DNA of 64,000 nt, taken from the NCBI GenBank assembly GCA_963716395.1, contig OY970309.1, forward strand, positions 288,001 to 352,000, given 5' to 3'. Under the pieces are notes generated by a model, which saw only the letters and a list, made by a program, of their open reading frames with translations, was not told the DNA's origin and ran no database searches. This DNA is from an uncultured Fibrobacteria bacterium (lineage in GTDB: Bacteria; Fibrobacterota; Fibrobacteria; UBA11236). Position 1 is the stretch's first letter, and each line of letters begins with the position of its first letter. Positions 8,745 to 19,243 of this stretch are shown here, piece after piece. A program made the position numbers and the translations under genes.

Positions 8745-10220
8745 TCACTCCTTGTTCGCGGCTTGCGCGCCGCCCGTTTGCAAGCTATGAAAATAGTCTT
8801 GCAGGGTCCATCCCACCGCCTGGAACAGGTCGGCGACGGCCACGTTGTAATCGAATACGGCTTGGTAAAAGTCGCGTTTGGAAGTCAGCGATTGCCGGAA
8901 CGGCGCGATCAGGTCTTTGCTCGACGACGGGTCGAGATCGTACTTCATGGCCGCGCCTTTGAGCCAGCCGTCGGCGGCGCGCAGCGCGTCTTGGGCGTCG
9001 GCCATGTCGGCCCGCGCCTTCTGCATTTTGTCATAGGCTTCTTCGACCTTCACCAGAATGCCTTTGGCCGCGTAGACTTCGGTGCGCTGCAATTGGCGCA
9101 ACTCGAGACGGGCCTTGCGGTAGTTCTGATAGCGCTCCCAAAAGTTGAGTTGGATGCGCAGCCCCAATCCGCCTACCGCCGTGATTTGGTTCAACGGGTC
9201 GGTGGCGAAGGGGTTGTTGCTGCTCGACTCGCGGTCCGAAGACCAGGCCTTGGTGTACCTGAAATTACCGAACAGGAAAATGTCGGGCCCGAGTTCGCCT
9301 TGCGCCACCTTGAGCAGTTCCTGCCGCGCCCCCAAACCGTTTTGCAGACGCTTGAGATCCGGGTGATCGCGCAGCGCGTAAAACTTGAGGGAGTCGAGCG
9401 GCGGAATGGTTTCCGTGCGCGGGGTCAGCACGCTGTCGTCCAGCGGCGGACACGCGCTGTCGGGCCAGGCCAGCAGAAAACGCAGCCCCAGCGCCGTGCG
9501 TTGCAACCCCAGCGCCGCTTCGTTCAGGCCTTGATCGAGCGCGAAGCGCCCCGCCTTCAGTTGCAGCAGATCGGTTTGCGTCACGCCTTCGGCGCCCGAA
9601 TCGAGTTGTCGCGCCAGTTTTTTCTCGGCCTGGTCCAAATCGTGTTGGGCCGAGACCAGCGCGCTGTGCAGGGTCAAGGCCAGGAGGCGCTGGTAATAAA
9701 GCGTTTGCGCCTGCTGGGACACGTCGAGGCGTTCTTTCTGAAAATCGGCTTCGGAAACCTTGATTTGATATTCGCCGGCTTTGCGGCCAGCCCGGTAACG
9801 GGCCACGTTCAAGGGCTGTGCCACATCGCCTTCGACCCCGAAAAACGGGCCCCATTCGGAAAAGTCATACTCTTTCTGGATTTGGGTCACGGGATCGCCG
9901 GTCGAATACACGTGCAGCGACGTGGTATCGTTCACATCGCGCAGGCCGGGAGCCGGCCCCACCCCGGTCGAAACTTCGAACTTGGGCAAAATGGCGCCCA
10001 TGTCGATGTCGCGCAGCTTTTCCCGCGCCTTATCCACTTCGAGGGCCTTGTCGGCCAGCATGGGGTCACGCGCCAGCGCCAGACTGTCGACCCGCACACA
10101 ATTCAGCGGCGCCGACACGGGAAGCGGCGCGGCGGCATCCGGCCCCGCACAAATTCCCGTGAAAACCAGAGCTGCGCCCAGTCCGCGACGGGCCAAGGGG
10201 GAAAAAAAGGCGGGCCGCAT
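8745..10220 (-). CDS. TolC-family outer membrane efflux protein
   Basis: Two OEP-type repeats (LALARDPML...LPKFEV; ALRDHPDL...GPDIFL), C-terminal AVFDYNVAVADLFQAVG. Confidence 0.88.
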   Translation of the reverse strand: MRPAFFSPLARRGLGAALVFTGICAGPDAAAPLPVSAPLNCVRVDSLALARDPMLADKALEVDKAREKLRDIDMGAILPKFEVSTGVGPAPGLRDVNDTTSLHVYSTGDPVTQIQKEYDFSEWGPFFGVEGDVAQPLNVARYRAGRKAGEYQIKVSEADFQKERLDVSQQAQTLYYQRLLALTLHSALVSAQHDLDQAEKKLARQLDSGAEGVTQTDLLQLKAGRFALDQGLNEAALGLQRTALGLRFLLAWPDSACPPLDDSVLTPRTETIPPLDSLKFYALRDHPDLKRLQNGLGARQELLKVAQGELGPDIFLFGNFRYTKAWSSDRESSSNNPFATDPLNQITAVGGLGLRIQLNFWERYQNYRKARLELRQLQRTEVYAAKGILVKVEEAYDKMQKARADMADAQDALRAADGWLKGAAMKYDLDPSSSKDLIAPFRQSLTSKRDFYQAVFDYNVAVADLFQAVGWTLQDYFHSLQTGGAQAANKE

Positions 10221-10291
10221 GCGAAAGTGAAAATCTAGTTAAGCCGCATCTTCGGGCCATTTTCGCGGCGGGAAGAAAGCATTTTATCGCT

Positions 10292-11356
10292 ATGGCGGAC
10301 CCCGCCGTCACTCTACCCGAGACGCTTTCGCCGCGCTTTGTCGCCGCCTCCCTGCGTAGCATGCAAGCTACTCTGGTGCGCGGCGATCTGATCCTCGATT
10401 GCGCGCGCTTGCGCCGGCTCGATTCGCTGGGGTTGGCGTTCTTCGCCCATTGGAATGAAGCCGCAGGGATCGCCGGGCGGCAATTGGTGCTGCGGGGGAT
10501 GCCCGCGCCGTTGCAGCCGCGCCTGGAGGAGATGCCCCGGGCCCAAACCGCGCCGCCCGCCGCGGCTCCCGCGAACCTGCCCGAACGCCTGGGCGGATGG
10601 GCCTATGCGACGGGCCGGGAAATCCGCGATATGGCGCTATTGTTTTCCGAATCGCTATACCAGTCGACCTTGGGTCTTTTCCGGCCCAAAACCCTGCTGG
10701 CCGGCTCGACCCTGACCCAGATGGTGCGCCTCGGCACCGACGCCCTGCCCATCGTGCTGCTCTTGTCGATGCTGATCGGATTCACCCTGGCCATGCAATC
10801 GGGGTTGCAGTTGCAAAAATACGGGGCCACCCTCTTTCTCGCCGACGGCGTGGGCCTGAGTATGGTGATGGAAATAGGTCCGGTGATGACGGCGGTGATT
10901 CTCGCCGGCCGATCGGGCAGCGCCATCACCGCCGAAATCGCCACCATGGTGGTGCAGGAAGAACTGGCGGCGCTGCAGTCCATGGGCATCAACCCCATTC
11001 ATTTCACGGCCCTGCCGCGCTTCTGGGCCCTGAGCGTCACCCAGCCGCTGCTCACCGTCGCCTCATGCCTGGCCGGCATCGCCAGCGGCATGGGGGTGGG
11101 TCTGTTCGTGTTCCATCTGTCGGTGCCCGGCTTTCTCACCGAATTGCAGGAGGCCATTCCGCTGATTTACGTCTGGCAGGGGCTGGTGAAATCGCTGACC
11201 TTTTCCTGGATCATCGTTTTCGTGGCCACGACCAAGGGCATGAACACGCGCGGAGGAGCCGACGCGGTGGGACGCGCCACCACGGCCTGCGTGGTGAACT
11301 GTATTTTTGCGATAATACTGGCCGATGCCGTTTTTTCCTTTCTCTTCTACACGTGA
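10292..11356 (+). CDS. mlaE: MlaE-family permease with N-terminal STAS (MlaB-like) domain
   Basis: LDCARLRRLDSLG (STAS); EIGPVMTAVILAGRSGSAITAEIATM..QEE; GGADAVGRATT. Confidence 0.93.
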   Translation: MADPAVTLPETLSPRFVAASLRSMQATLVRGDLILDCARLRRLDSLGLAFFAHWNEAAGIAGRQLVLRGMPAPLQPRLEEMPRAQTAPPAAAPANLPERLGGWAYATGREIRDMALLFSESLYQSTLGLFRPKTLLAGSTLTQMVRLGTDALPIVLLLSMLIGFTLAMQSGLQLQKYGATLFLADGVGLSMVMEIGPVMTAVILAGRSGSAITAEIATMVVQEELAALQSMGINPIHFTALPRFWALSVTQPLLTVASCLAGIASGMGVGLFVFHLSVPGFLTELQEAIPLIYVWQGLVKSLTFSWIIVFVATTKGMNTRGGADAVGRATTACVVNCIFAIILADAVFSFLFYT

Positions 11357-11428
11357 GGCGCAGCGCGGCCGTCAACCGGGTCAGGGGCTATTGCTACACT
11401 TCACTCTGGGTTCCCCGCGACCTTCCGC

Positions 11429-12223
11429 ATGATGCCCACCGACCCTCCCCTGCGCGTCCGCCGATTGCGGGCCGGATATGACAGCCACCCGGTGCTGGAA
11501 GGCGTGGATTTGGAAGTGCCGGTCGGCGAAATTCGGGTGGTGCTCGGCGGTTCGGGCTGCGGCAAATCCACCTTGCTCAAAAACGTAACCGGTCTGGAAC
11601 GTCCCTGGGATGGTACGGTTGACCTGTTCGGCCGGCGCCTCGACTGGTCGCGCGGCCGGCCGCCCGACGAACTCTTCGAAAAAATCGGCCTGCTGTTCCA
11701 GGGCGCGGCCCTGCTGTCGTCGCTTGATGTGGGCGAGAACGTCGCGCTGCCGCTGCGTATCCGCCATCCCGACCTGCCCCGCGGCCTGCTGCGCGAACTG
11801 GTGCGCCTCAAACTGAGCCAGGTGCGGCTGGAAAACGCCGAGGCCCTGCTACCCTCCGAGCTGTCCGGGGGCATGCGCAAGCGCGCCGGCCTGGCGCGGG
11901 CCCTGGCCACCGATCCCGAACTGCTGTTCTGCGACGAACCTTCGGCCGGCCTCGATCCCGTGGCCGCGCGCGGACTCGACGATTTGCTGCTGGAACTGCG
12001 CGACACCCTCTCCATTACCATGGTGGTGGTGACGCATGAATTGGAATCCATCCGCGCCCTGGCCGATCGCATCACCTTCCTGTCCGACGGACGGGTGCTG
12101 TTCGACGGCACCCTGGCCGAGGCCGAAGCCGGCGCCGCCGACGAAGTGCGCGATTTTTTGGCACGTCGGCCCCGCGACCGCCGCGCCGACGCGCCGCCCA
12201 TGGCCTTTCACCTGGAGAACTGA
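11429..12223 (+). CDS. mlaF: MlaF-family ABC ATPase
   Basis: GGSGCGKST, LSGGMRKRAGLARA, FCDEPSAGLDP, VTHE. Confidence 0.93.
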   Translation: MMPTDPPLRVRRLRAGYDSHPVLEGVDLEVPVGEIRVVLGGSGCGKSTLLKNVTGLERPWDGTVDLFGRRLDWSRGRPPDELFEKIGLLFQGAALLSSLDVGENVALPLRIRHPDLPRGLLRELVRLKLSQVRLENAEALLPSELSGGMRKRAGLARALATDPELLFCDEPSAGLDPVAARGLDDLLLELRDTLSITMVVVTHELESIRALADRITFLSDGRVLFDGTLAEAEAGAADEVRDFLARRPRDRRADAPPMAFHLEN

Positions 12224-13107
12224 TGGAGGCCACGCGCGCCGAAAAAACCCGCCTGGGGCTGTTCATCCTGGTGATGATCGCGGGATTCGTCGTGTCGGTG
12301 ATCTTCCTGATCGGGGGAGTTTTCACGGCCAAAACCGTTACTTATTTCACGCGTCTGGAAGAGCCGGTCACCGGGCTGGAACCGGGCACCCCCGTAAAGC
12401 AGAACGGCGTCGACATCGGGCAGGTCAGTTCCATCACCACCGACAGCAGCGACATCCAGAAAACCGTGGTGCGTTTCCGGGTCAAAGCCGGAACACCCAT
12501 GAAAACCGACATGGTCGCCACTTTGGGTAATTACGGTATCACGGGTTTGAAATACCTGGAGATCACCGGCGGCAGCTACGCCTCGACCGACTTGCCCCCG
12601 GGTGGCGAGGTGAAATCGCGGCTGTCGCTGCTCGGAGGATTCGCCCTGCGGGCCGACTCCATCGCGGTCAAAATCGACCACCTGCTGGGCAACGCCATCG
12701 AGATCACCCAGGCCCAGAACCGGAACCACCTGGACCAGTTGATGGCCTCTTCGGCTTCCCTCTCGGCTTCGCTCGATTCGCTGGCCCGCGACCTGCATAA
12801 AATCCGCCCGGGCGAACGCGTCGATCGCCTGCTGAGCAGCGCCGCGGCCACCGTCGACGATCTGCACCGGCAAATCCGCCAGGCCGATTTGCCCGGCACC
12901 TTGAAGGAATACCGCACGGCGGCGCAGGACATGCAAACCGTCGCCCAGCATCTCGACGTGACCGTGCGGCGTTCGCAGGAGGATCTGGGCGTGGCCCTTT
13001 CCAATCTCAAGGAGGCTTTGAAGAACGTGAACTCCTTCAGCCGTCAAATCAAGGAGAACCCTTCCGTGCTCCTGCGGGGCGAAGACAAACAGGAGCGCCG
13101 CGAATGA
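12223..13107 (+). CDS. mlaD: MlaD/MCE protein with long C-terminal helical region
   Basis: N-terminal TM, VTGLEPGTPVKQNGVDIGQV, GITGLKYLEI, C-terminal NPSVLLRG. Confidence 0.92.
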   Translation: MEATRAEKTRLGLFILVMIAGFVVSVIFLIGGVFTAKTVTYFTRLEEPVTGLEPGTPVKQNGVDIGQVSSITTDSSDIQKTVVRFRVKAGTPMKTDMVATLGNYGITGLKYLEITGGSYASTDLPPGGEVKSRLSLLGGFALRADSIAVKIDHLLGNAIEITQAQNRNHLDQLMASSASLSASLDSLARDLHKIRPGERVDRLLSSAAATVDDLHRQIRQADLPGTLKEYRTAAQDMQTVAQHLDVTVRRSQEDLGVALSNLKEALKNVNSFSRQIKENPSVLLRGEDKQERRE

Positions 13108-13757
13108 AAATGCGCGCCGCCGCCGGCTTTCTGGCCCTGCTCCTATTGTCGGGTTGTTTTTTCGGACGCGCGCCCGAAACCCAGTATTACGTGCTTGATT
13201 ATCTGCCCACCCCGACCGCGGCGCGCCTGCAAAAAGGCCCCTACCCCTTCGTGTTGCGGCTGCGCGACCCCACCATCGCCGAGGCTTATCGCCGCAGCCA
13301 GATCGTGTACCGCGTGAACGCCTACGAGATGCAGTTCTACTCTTATCATTTGTGGGCGGTGGACCCGGATCGCATGATCGGCGATTTGCTGCTCAAGCAT
13401 TTGCGCGCCGCGCAGTTGTTCGAAAACGTGATCCGCAACATCGAATCCTTCAACCCCGATTTCGAATTGACCTGCGACATCCAGGCCATCGAAGAATACG
13501 ATGGACCGGGATCATGGTATGCCCACCTCGCCATCGAATACCAACTCATCGAGGAAAAAACCGGACAGGTGGTCTGGAAAAATCTCTACGACCTGCGCAA
13601 GGCCGTGCCCCAGCGCGAACCGGTGTATGTGGTGCGGGAACTCTCGGCGCTGCTGGAAATCATCAACGACCGCCTGATCACCGATCTCGAACCGGTGCTC
13701 GCGGCCGCCCAAAATCAATCCGCCCGCCGGGACGAACCCGCCGCCGCCAAACCCTGA
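13104..13757 (+). CDS. PqiC-like ABC transport auxiliary lipoprotein
   Basis: Lipobox LLSGC, QYYVLD, IVYR...YHLWAVDP; position after mlaD. Confidence 0.85.
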   Translation: MKMRAAAGFLALLLLSGCFFGRAPETQYYVLDYLPTPTAARLQKGPYPFVLRLRDPTIAEAYRRSQIVYRVNAYEMQFYSYHLWAVDPDRMIGDLLLKHLRAAQLFENVIRNIESFNPDFELTCDIQAIEEYDGPGSWYAHLAIEYQLIEEKTGQVVWKNLYDLRKAVPQREPVYVVRELSALLEIINDRLITDLEPVLAAAQNQSARRDEPAAAKP

Positions 13758-13766
13758 TTCCGGTTC

Positions 13767-15371
13767 ATGCGGTGCCTTCTCATTGTGATCTGCACCGTCA
13801 TCACCGCGTCGGCGGGGTTGCCCGAAGGCTTGCCCGGCGTCGAAGTATCGACTCTTCCCGGCAACACTTCGGCGCCGCCCCAGCCGACGCCGCCCGATTC
13901 GTTGCGGGGCAAAAACTGGATCGCACCTTCGGTGGAAGATCAATTGGCGCGCGATCCCACCTTGATCTCTTTGGGCAAGGGCGCGGTCTTCGTGCCCTGC
14001 TACAGCGAACCGCAACGCGAACCCGAGGTCGTCGTCTTTCACCACGGGCACCAGGTGGCGGCGGGCCTGACGGGCACGCGCATTCTGCTCGATTCGGGTA
14101 CGTACGAGTTACGGTTCGGGTCGGGCACGGTCGGGCAGCGCCTGAGCGCCGAAGCCCACGTCGAAGAAGGGCATACCACGGTGATTCCCCCGACCTGGGG
14201 CGGATTGCTGGTCGAAACCCTGACCGAATTGGGCGAATACTTCGAAGGCCAATACGACCTCGTGCGCATGGATCACTGGGTCAGCTACGGCCGCGGCTCG
14301 GGCTATAACGAAGAGCGGCTGCAAGACATCAAGGTCTGGATTCTGCCTCCCGGCCTGTACCGTTTGTCGAAAACCGGCGAGAGCTACAATTCTTTGACCG
14401 ATTACATCACCGTGCAGATCAACCCGGGAGAGCTGCATTCGGTGGAACTGATTTTCGACAAAGACGTGGGCGGCGATCTCATCGCGGGCGGCACCAAATC
14501 ACTCAACCCCCGTCTGCGCGTGGGCCGCAACTGGACCTATGGCTTGCGCGTGGGCGGCAACGCCGAATTCACCCGCAGCGTCGACAACACCAACCAAGAG
14601 CAGCAGAACCTGCTGTTCTCTACCGACCTGCGCACACGGGCGCAATTCGACAACGCCCGCTATCTCGGCATCAATGAAATTTTCCTGCAGAACTCCTTTC
14701 TCAAAACCCAGGGCGCCCCCATCACCGCGTCGACCGACTACCTGCAAATGCGATCGACCTGGGTGCGCCGGCTCAACACCTGGATCGGGCCTTACGTGCG
14801 CGGCCAGGCCACCACCCACCTTTTCCCCACCCATTCCACGCTGGACAGTATCTATATCCTGCGATCCTCGGTCGACAGCGCCGGCGCGACGCATACCGAT
14901 ACGACGCTCGACACCTCCAAGTCATTCCAGGTGGCGCCTTCGTTTTTCCCCCTGCAATTGGCGGAAGGCGCCGGGGTCAACGTGCAGTGGGTCTCGCGCT
15001 ACGAAATCGAGCTTTCCACCGAGCTGGGTCTGGGCGCGCAGCAACAAATCTCGCACGGCGATTATCTCGCGCCCACGACCAATACCTTTGAAATCTCGCA
15101 TTCGCTCAACCAGGTGGGCATCGAAGGAATTTTGGACGGCAAGTTCCGGCTGTCGACGCAATTCACTCTGGACTTGCGCGCCGAAATTTTCGCCGAAAAC
15201 GCGCAATTCCGCAACACGCAATTGCAGGATCTGGAAGCCGACTTCCGGCTCTTTCTGACCCGCAATCTGGAAATCGGCTATGTCTTTCTCCTGAGCGAAT
15301 CCCAGTATCAGGTGGCCAACCGCTTCCCTTACAGCCACGACCTTTCGGTGCGGCTCAACTTCAATTATTGA
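13767..15371 (+). CDS. Hypothetical outer membrane protein (soluble N-terminal domains plus probable C-terminal beta-barrel)
   Basis: Signal peptide, alternating amphipathic strands in the C-terminal half, ends VRLNFNY (beta-signal-like); 9 nt after the PqiC-like gene. Confidence 0.7.
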   Translation: MRCLLIVICTVITASAGLPEGLPGVEVSTLPGNTSAPPQPTPPDSLRGKNWIAPSVEDQLARDPTLISLGKGAVFVPCYSEPQREPEVVVFHHGHQVAAGLTGTRILLDSGTYELRFGSGTVGQRLSAEAHVEEGHTTVIPPTWGGLLVETLTELGEYFEGQYDLVRMDHWVSYGRGSGYNEERLQDIKVWILPPGLYRLSKTGESYNSLTDYITVQINPGELHSVELIFDKDVGGDLIAGGTKSLNPRLRVGRNWTYGLRVGGNAEFTRSVDNTNQEQQNLLFSTDLRTRAQFDNARYLGINEIFLQNSFLKTQGAPITASTDYLQMRSTWVRRLNTWIGPYVRGQATTHLFPTHSTLDSIYILRSSVDSAGATHTDTTLDTSKSFQVAPSFFPLQLAEGAGVNVQWVSRYEIELSTELGLGAQQQISHGDYLAPTTNTFEISHSLNQVGIEGILDGKFRLSTQFTLDLRAEIFAENAQFRNTQLQDLEADFRLFLTRNLEIGYVFLLSESQYQVANRFPYSHDLSVRLNFNY

Positions 15372-16438
15372 AGCGCCGCTGCGAGGGCGGCGGCATAGGC
15401 GGCGGCCACGCTCGCCGGGGTATGCGCATAACGGGGGGCCGGCGGCCGCACTCCCGCGCGGATTTCCGCCACGCGTTGGAGCAGTTCTTTCCGATCGCGA
15501 TATAAAAGCAAGGGAACGCCCGCGGCCTGCAATTCGCGGGTCAAAGGCAAGTCGGCCGCCACGATGGGTTTGCCCAAGGTCGACAAGCGCAACAGGGTAC
15601 TGCTGCTGCTTTTGAAGCGCGCCGGAAACAAGAAGGCTGCGGGCACGGCCAAGGCTTCGCCCAGCCGGTTTTCCGGCACGAATCCGGTCACGGCCACGCG
15701 CGCCTCCAGACCGCGCGTGCGCGCGGCGTCGAGCACCGTGGCGGCGCGCTCCGTGGCGAGCCGCGGGCCCCCCACGATCAAGGCCCCGGCGTCGGAATAC
15801 GCGGTGAGAACGTCCCAAACAGCACCATAATCATTGGTTGCAGTGAGAAACCCGAACACGCCGAGAATGAAGGCAGGGCGGGCGGCCGGGAAATAATCGC
15901 GCGCCGAAAGCGGCGGGGGCGCGGCGGGTGGTACCGGTACGGCGGCCAGGGGAATGGTGGGGCCCAATCGCTGCGGACAGCGCGTCTCCAAGACGCTGCG
16001 GGCGTAGGCGTTGAGCGGAAAGACCCGGCGCGCATGGTAACCACGGCGTTGCAGGGCGACCTCGCGCGCAAAGGCGCGATGACTCCAGTGATAGTGCAGG
16101 CGTTTGGCCCACAGCCACCCCGCGGGGGCGCGCAAATCGGCCCGGGGAAAAGCGAAGGGATCTTCGGCATAGACTTCATGGGGCACCACGAACAGCGGGG
16201 AAGATCGGGCCGCCAGGGATTTCAAATACCGCGGCCCGGGAACCAGGGAACGCTCATAATGCACCAACAGGGCGTCGGCGGCTGTGACACGCGCGTCGTG
16301 CAACGCCTCGTTATACGAAAGGAAGCCTCCCGCCCAAGGGCTGAACTCGGGCCGCAGCGCCTGCACGTAATCCGCGATGCCGCAAAGCCGCCCGGGTTCC
16401 GGACCCACCAGCCAGACACCAGGGCCGGGTTTGGACAT
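15365..16438 (-). CDS. Glycosyltransferase (GT-B fold, GT4-like)
   Basis: CGIADY, VPHE, GVFGFL, TGFVPE, GKPIVAADLP; TATAAT just upstream of ATG 16438. Confidence 0.8.
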   Translation of the reverse strand: MSKPGPGVWLVGPEPGRLCGIADYVQALRPEFSPWAGGFLSYNEALHDARVTAADALLVHYERSLVPGPRYLKSLAARSSPLFVVPHEVYAEDPFAFPRADLRAPAGWLWAKRLHYHWSHRAFAREVALQRRGYHARRVFPLNAYARSVLETRCPQRLGPTIPLAAVPVPPAAPPPLSARDYFPAARPAFILGVFGFLTATNDYGAVWDVLTAYSDAGALIVGGPRLATERAATVLDAARTRGLEARVAVTGFVPENRLGEALAVPAAFLFPARFKSSSSTLLRLSTLGKPIVAADLPLTRELQAAGVPLLLYRDRKELLQRVAEIRAGVRPPAPRYAHTPASVAAAYAAALAAALQ

Positions 16439-16636
16439 TCGCCCATTATACCGTTGTCGCCGCACAACCAGGCCTCCATCTGAAAGCGCTGAATGGAGAC
16501 CAGGGTGCGCTTAACATTGCCATTCCAAAAACGGTGAATTGATTAACACTAACTTCCAATAAGCGCGGAAGATTTAATCCCTCGGGCAAAACCGCCCGCA
16601 GACCCGGCCGGTGTCCCGCTTCTCAACCCGCAAACG

Positions 16637-16652
16637 TGGCACTTCGTTTGCT
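16637..16652 (+). promoter_or_regulatory. Sigma-54 (-24/-12) promoter of the nrt-moco operon
   Basis: TGGCAC-TTCGT-TTGCT matches TGGCAC-N5-TTGC(A/T), upstream of a nitrogen-uptake operon. Confidence 0.85.
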
Positions 16653-16676
16653 TTTCCCTCTGGTTGTTCACGTTAC

Positions 16677-16779
16677 CCAACCGAACCCGGTCCGCCCGGC
16701 CCTTTGGACATTTGCGTAGTGATTTTCGGGCCGTGGCAGTAGTGAACGGGTCTTGCCGATGGGGCGGGGAGGCCGGTTT
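16677..16779 (+). other. Conserved two-block leader element, copy 1 (candidate cis-regulatory RNA)
   Basis: Block A 16677-16710 and block B 16754-16779 resemble 26055-26089 and 26117-26142. Confidence 0.55.
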
Positions 16780-16847
16780 GATTCTGTCGCTTCCTCCGAT
16801 TTTGCTGCGCCTGAGTAGGTCCACCGCATGGGTTCGCAGGAGGTATC

Positions 16848-18203
16848 ATGTTTTCCCGCTTTACCACAAACTTGTCCATTGCCCGCGCAGCCGCATGGGC
16901 GGCTTCGATTCTCTGCTTGGTATTCGCCGCGCCGGCCGGGGCGAAAGCCGCTTTGGAAAAAGAAGACCTTACCTTCGGGTTCATCAAGCTCACCGATTGC
17001 GCCCCCTTGGTCATCGCCAAAGAGAAAGGTTTTTTCCAGGATGAAGGCCTGTATGTGACGCTGCAAGCCCAGGCCAATTGGAAGGTGCTGCTCGACCGCG
17101 TCATCGACGGTTCGCTGGACGGGGCGCATATGCTGGCAGGCCAGCCCATCGGCGCCACCATCGGCATCGGCACCAAGGCCGACATCGTCACCGCGCTGAC
17201 GCTCGACCTCAACGGCAACGCCATCACCGTTTCCAACGCGGTGTGGAAACAGATGAAGCCCCATGTGGCGATGCGCGACGGCAAACCCGTGCACCCCATT
17301 TCCGCGGCCGCCCTGAAACCCGTGGTCATGCAATACAAGAACGAAGGCAAGCAATTCAACATGGGCATGGTCTTTCCGGTCTCAACGCACAATTATGAAA
17401 TCCGCTACTGGCTCGCCGCGGGTGGATTGAATCCCGGACTCTACACCCCCGACGATAACACCGGCATGACGGGCGCCGATGTGTTGCTTTCGGTGACTCC
17501 GCCGCCGCAAATGCCCGCCACGCTGGAGGCCGGCACCATTTACGGCTATTGCGTCGGAGAACCCTGGAATCAGCAGGCCGTGTTCAAAGGCATCGGGGTT
17601 CCGGTGGTCACCGACTACGAAATCTACCGGAACAAGGCCGAGAAGGTGTTCGGGGTGACCCGGGCCTGGGCCGAGAAATATCCCAACACCCACGTGGCGG
17701 TGATCAAGGCGCTCATCCGCGCCTGCCAATGGCTTGATGCCGACAACGGCAAGAACCGCAAAGAGGCGGTGGGTATCCTTTCGCGGCCGGAATACGTGGG
17801 CGCCGACTCCGCCGTGATCGCCAACAGCATGACCGGCACCTTCGAATTCGAGAAGGGCGACAAACGGTCTTTTCCCGATTTCAACGTCTTTTTCCGCTAC
17901 CACGCGACCTATCCGTATTACAGCGACTGCATCTGGTTCCTGACGCAAATGCGCCGCTGGGGCCAGATTCCGAAAAGCCAACCGGATGCCTGGTATCAGG
18001 CCGTTGCGAAGAAGGTGTATCTCCCCGACGTGTGGCGCAAAGCGGCCGAAGAATTGGTGGCGGAAAAAAAACTGGACCCGTCTGCCATTCCGGTCACCGA
18101 CGGCTACAAGCCGCCAACCACCGACTTCATCGACGGGAAGAAATACGACGGACGCCAACCGCTGGAATATCTGGCATCCTTTAAAATCGGTAACCGGGAT
18201 TGA
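16848..18203 (+). CDS. nrtA: NrtA/CmpA-family nitrate ABC substrate-binding protein
   Basis: [57 protein letters not shown]; AGGAGG RBS. Confidence 0.95.
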   Translation: MFSRFTTNLSIARAAAWAASILCLVFAAPAGAKAALEKEDLTFGFIKLTDCAPLVIAKEKGFFQDEGLYVTLQAQANWKVLLDRVIDGSLDGAHMLAGQPIGATIGIGTKADIVTALTLDLNGNAITVSNAVWKQMKPHVAMRDGKPVHPISAAALKPVVMQYKNEGKQFNMGMVFPVSTHNYEIRYWLAAGGLNPGLYTPDDNTGMTGADVLLSVTPPPQMPATLEAGTIYGYCVGEPWNQQAVFKGIGVPVVTDYEIYRNKAEKVFGVTRAWAEKYPNTHVAVIKALIRACQWLDADNGKNRKEAVGILSRPEYVGADSAVIANSMTGTFEFEKGDKRSFPDFNVFFRYHATYPYYSDCIWFLTQMRRWGQIPKSQPDAWYQAVAKKVYLPDVWRKAAEELVAEKKLDPSAIPVTDGYKPPTTDFIDGKKYDGRQPLEYLASFKIGNRD

Positions 18204-18207
18204 CGCG

Positions 18208-19230
18208 ATGAAACGGAAACTGATTCGCTTTCTGTCCCTGCTGGGAATGACTTGGCTCATTCCCCTGCTGCGCCTGGCGTGGAAGGAAAATCCGCGGCAA
18301 CAAGTGCGGGAATTGCGCACCACCTTGGCCGTGCCGCTCCTGGCCATCGCCCTCTTCCTGGGGCTGTGGTCGGTGTTGGCCCGGCAAATCCACACCAGCT
18401 TGGGAACCTTGCCCGGCCCGCAAAGCGTTCTGGTCGAGTTCAAAGTTTTGCTGCGCGAGCACGCCGAAGAACGCGCCCGAGCTCGGGCTTTTTACCGCGA
18501 ACAGGAGCAACGCATCGCGGCGCAATTGGCCGCCGATCCCCATGCCGAAGTCAGGCGGCACGCCTACACGGGCGCGCCGACCTTCATCGACCAGATCGAA
18601 ACCAGCCTCAAAACCGTGTTCGCGGGATTTTTAATCGCTTCCCTGATAGCCATACCCGTGGGACTTTTCTGCGGCATGAGCCGGACCTGCATGAACGCGT
18701 TAAATCCGTTGATCCAGATTTTCAAACCGGTATCGCCCTTGGCCTGGCTTCCCATCGTCACCATGGTCGTCAGCGCCGCATACGCCACGCAAAACGGGCT
18801 TTTTCCCAAGTGCTTTGTGATTTCGGCCATCACGGTTTCGCTGTGTTCGCTTTGGCCCAGCATCATGAATACGGCCCTGGGCGTGGCTTCGGTGGACAAG
18901 GATTATCTCAACGTCGCCCGGGTTTTGAAATTGAGCTGGTCCACCCGGGTGGTGAAAATCCTGCTGCCGGCTTCGTTGCCGCTCATGTTCACCGGCCTGC
19001 GCATTTCCCTGGGCGTGGGCTGGATGGTGCTCATCGCCGCGGAAATGCTGGCCCAGAATCCCGGGCTGGGAAAATTCGTGTGGGACGAATTTCAGAACGG
19101 CAGCAGCGATTCGCTGGCGCGCATCATGGTCGCGGTGTTCGCCATCGGGTTCATCGGCTTCGCGCTCGACCGCGTCATGGTCGTACTGCAGAAATGGGTC
19201 AGCTTTCAACCCGATGTCGCGGTGAATTGA
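18208..19230 (+). CDS. nrtB: Nitrate ABC permease with N-terminal extension
   Basis: [51 protein letters not shown]. Confidence 0.93.
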   Translation: MKRKLIRFLSLLGMTWLIPLLRLAWKENPRQQVRELRTTLAVPLLAIALFLGLWSVLARQIHTSLGTLPGPQSVLVEFKVLLREHAEERARARAFYREQEQRIAAQLAADPHAEVRRHAYTGAPTFIDQIETSLKTVFAGFLIASLIAIPVGLFCGMSRTCMNALNPLIQIFKPVSPLAWLPIVTMVVSAAYATQNGLFPKCFVISAITVSLCSLWPSIMNTALGVASVDKDYLNVARVLKLSWSTRVVKILLPASLPLMFTGLRISLGVGWMVLIAAEMLAQNPGLGKFVWDEFQNGSSDSLARIMVAVFAIGFIGFALDRVMVVLQKWVSFQPDVAVN

Positions 19231-19243
19231 AGATCGGAGAGCC

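Noticed and set aside
7289-10238. 557-aa and 536-aa + strand ORFs
   Set aside because: They overlap mlaC and tolC on the opposite strand and have no recognisable motifs.
16505-16540. Possible NtrC-type enhancer upstream of the first sigma-54 promoter
   Set aside because: Only a weak resemblance to TGCACC-N5-GGTGCA; not supportable by eye.
16677-16779. Nitrate leaders as ANTAR (NasT/NasR) targets or Moco riboswitches
   Set aside because: No paired hexaloop hairpins with A1/G4, no clear U-tailed terminator and no Moco-motif features recognised; kept as an unknown element.
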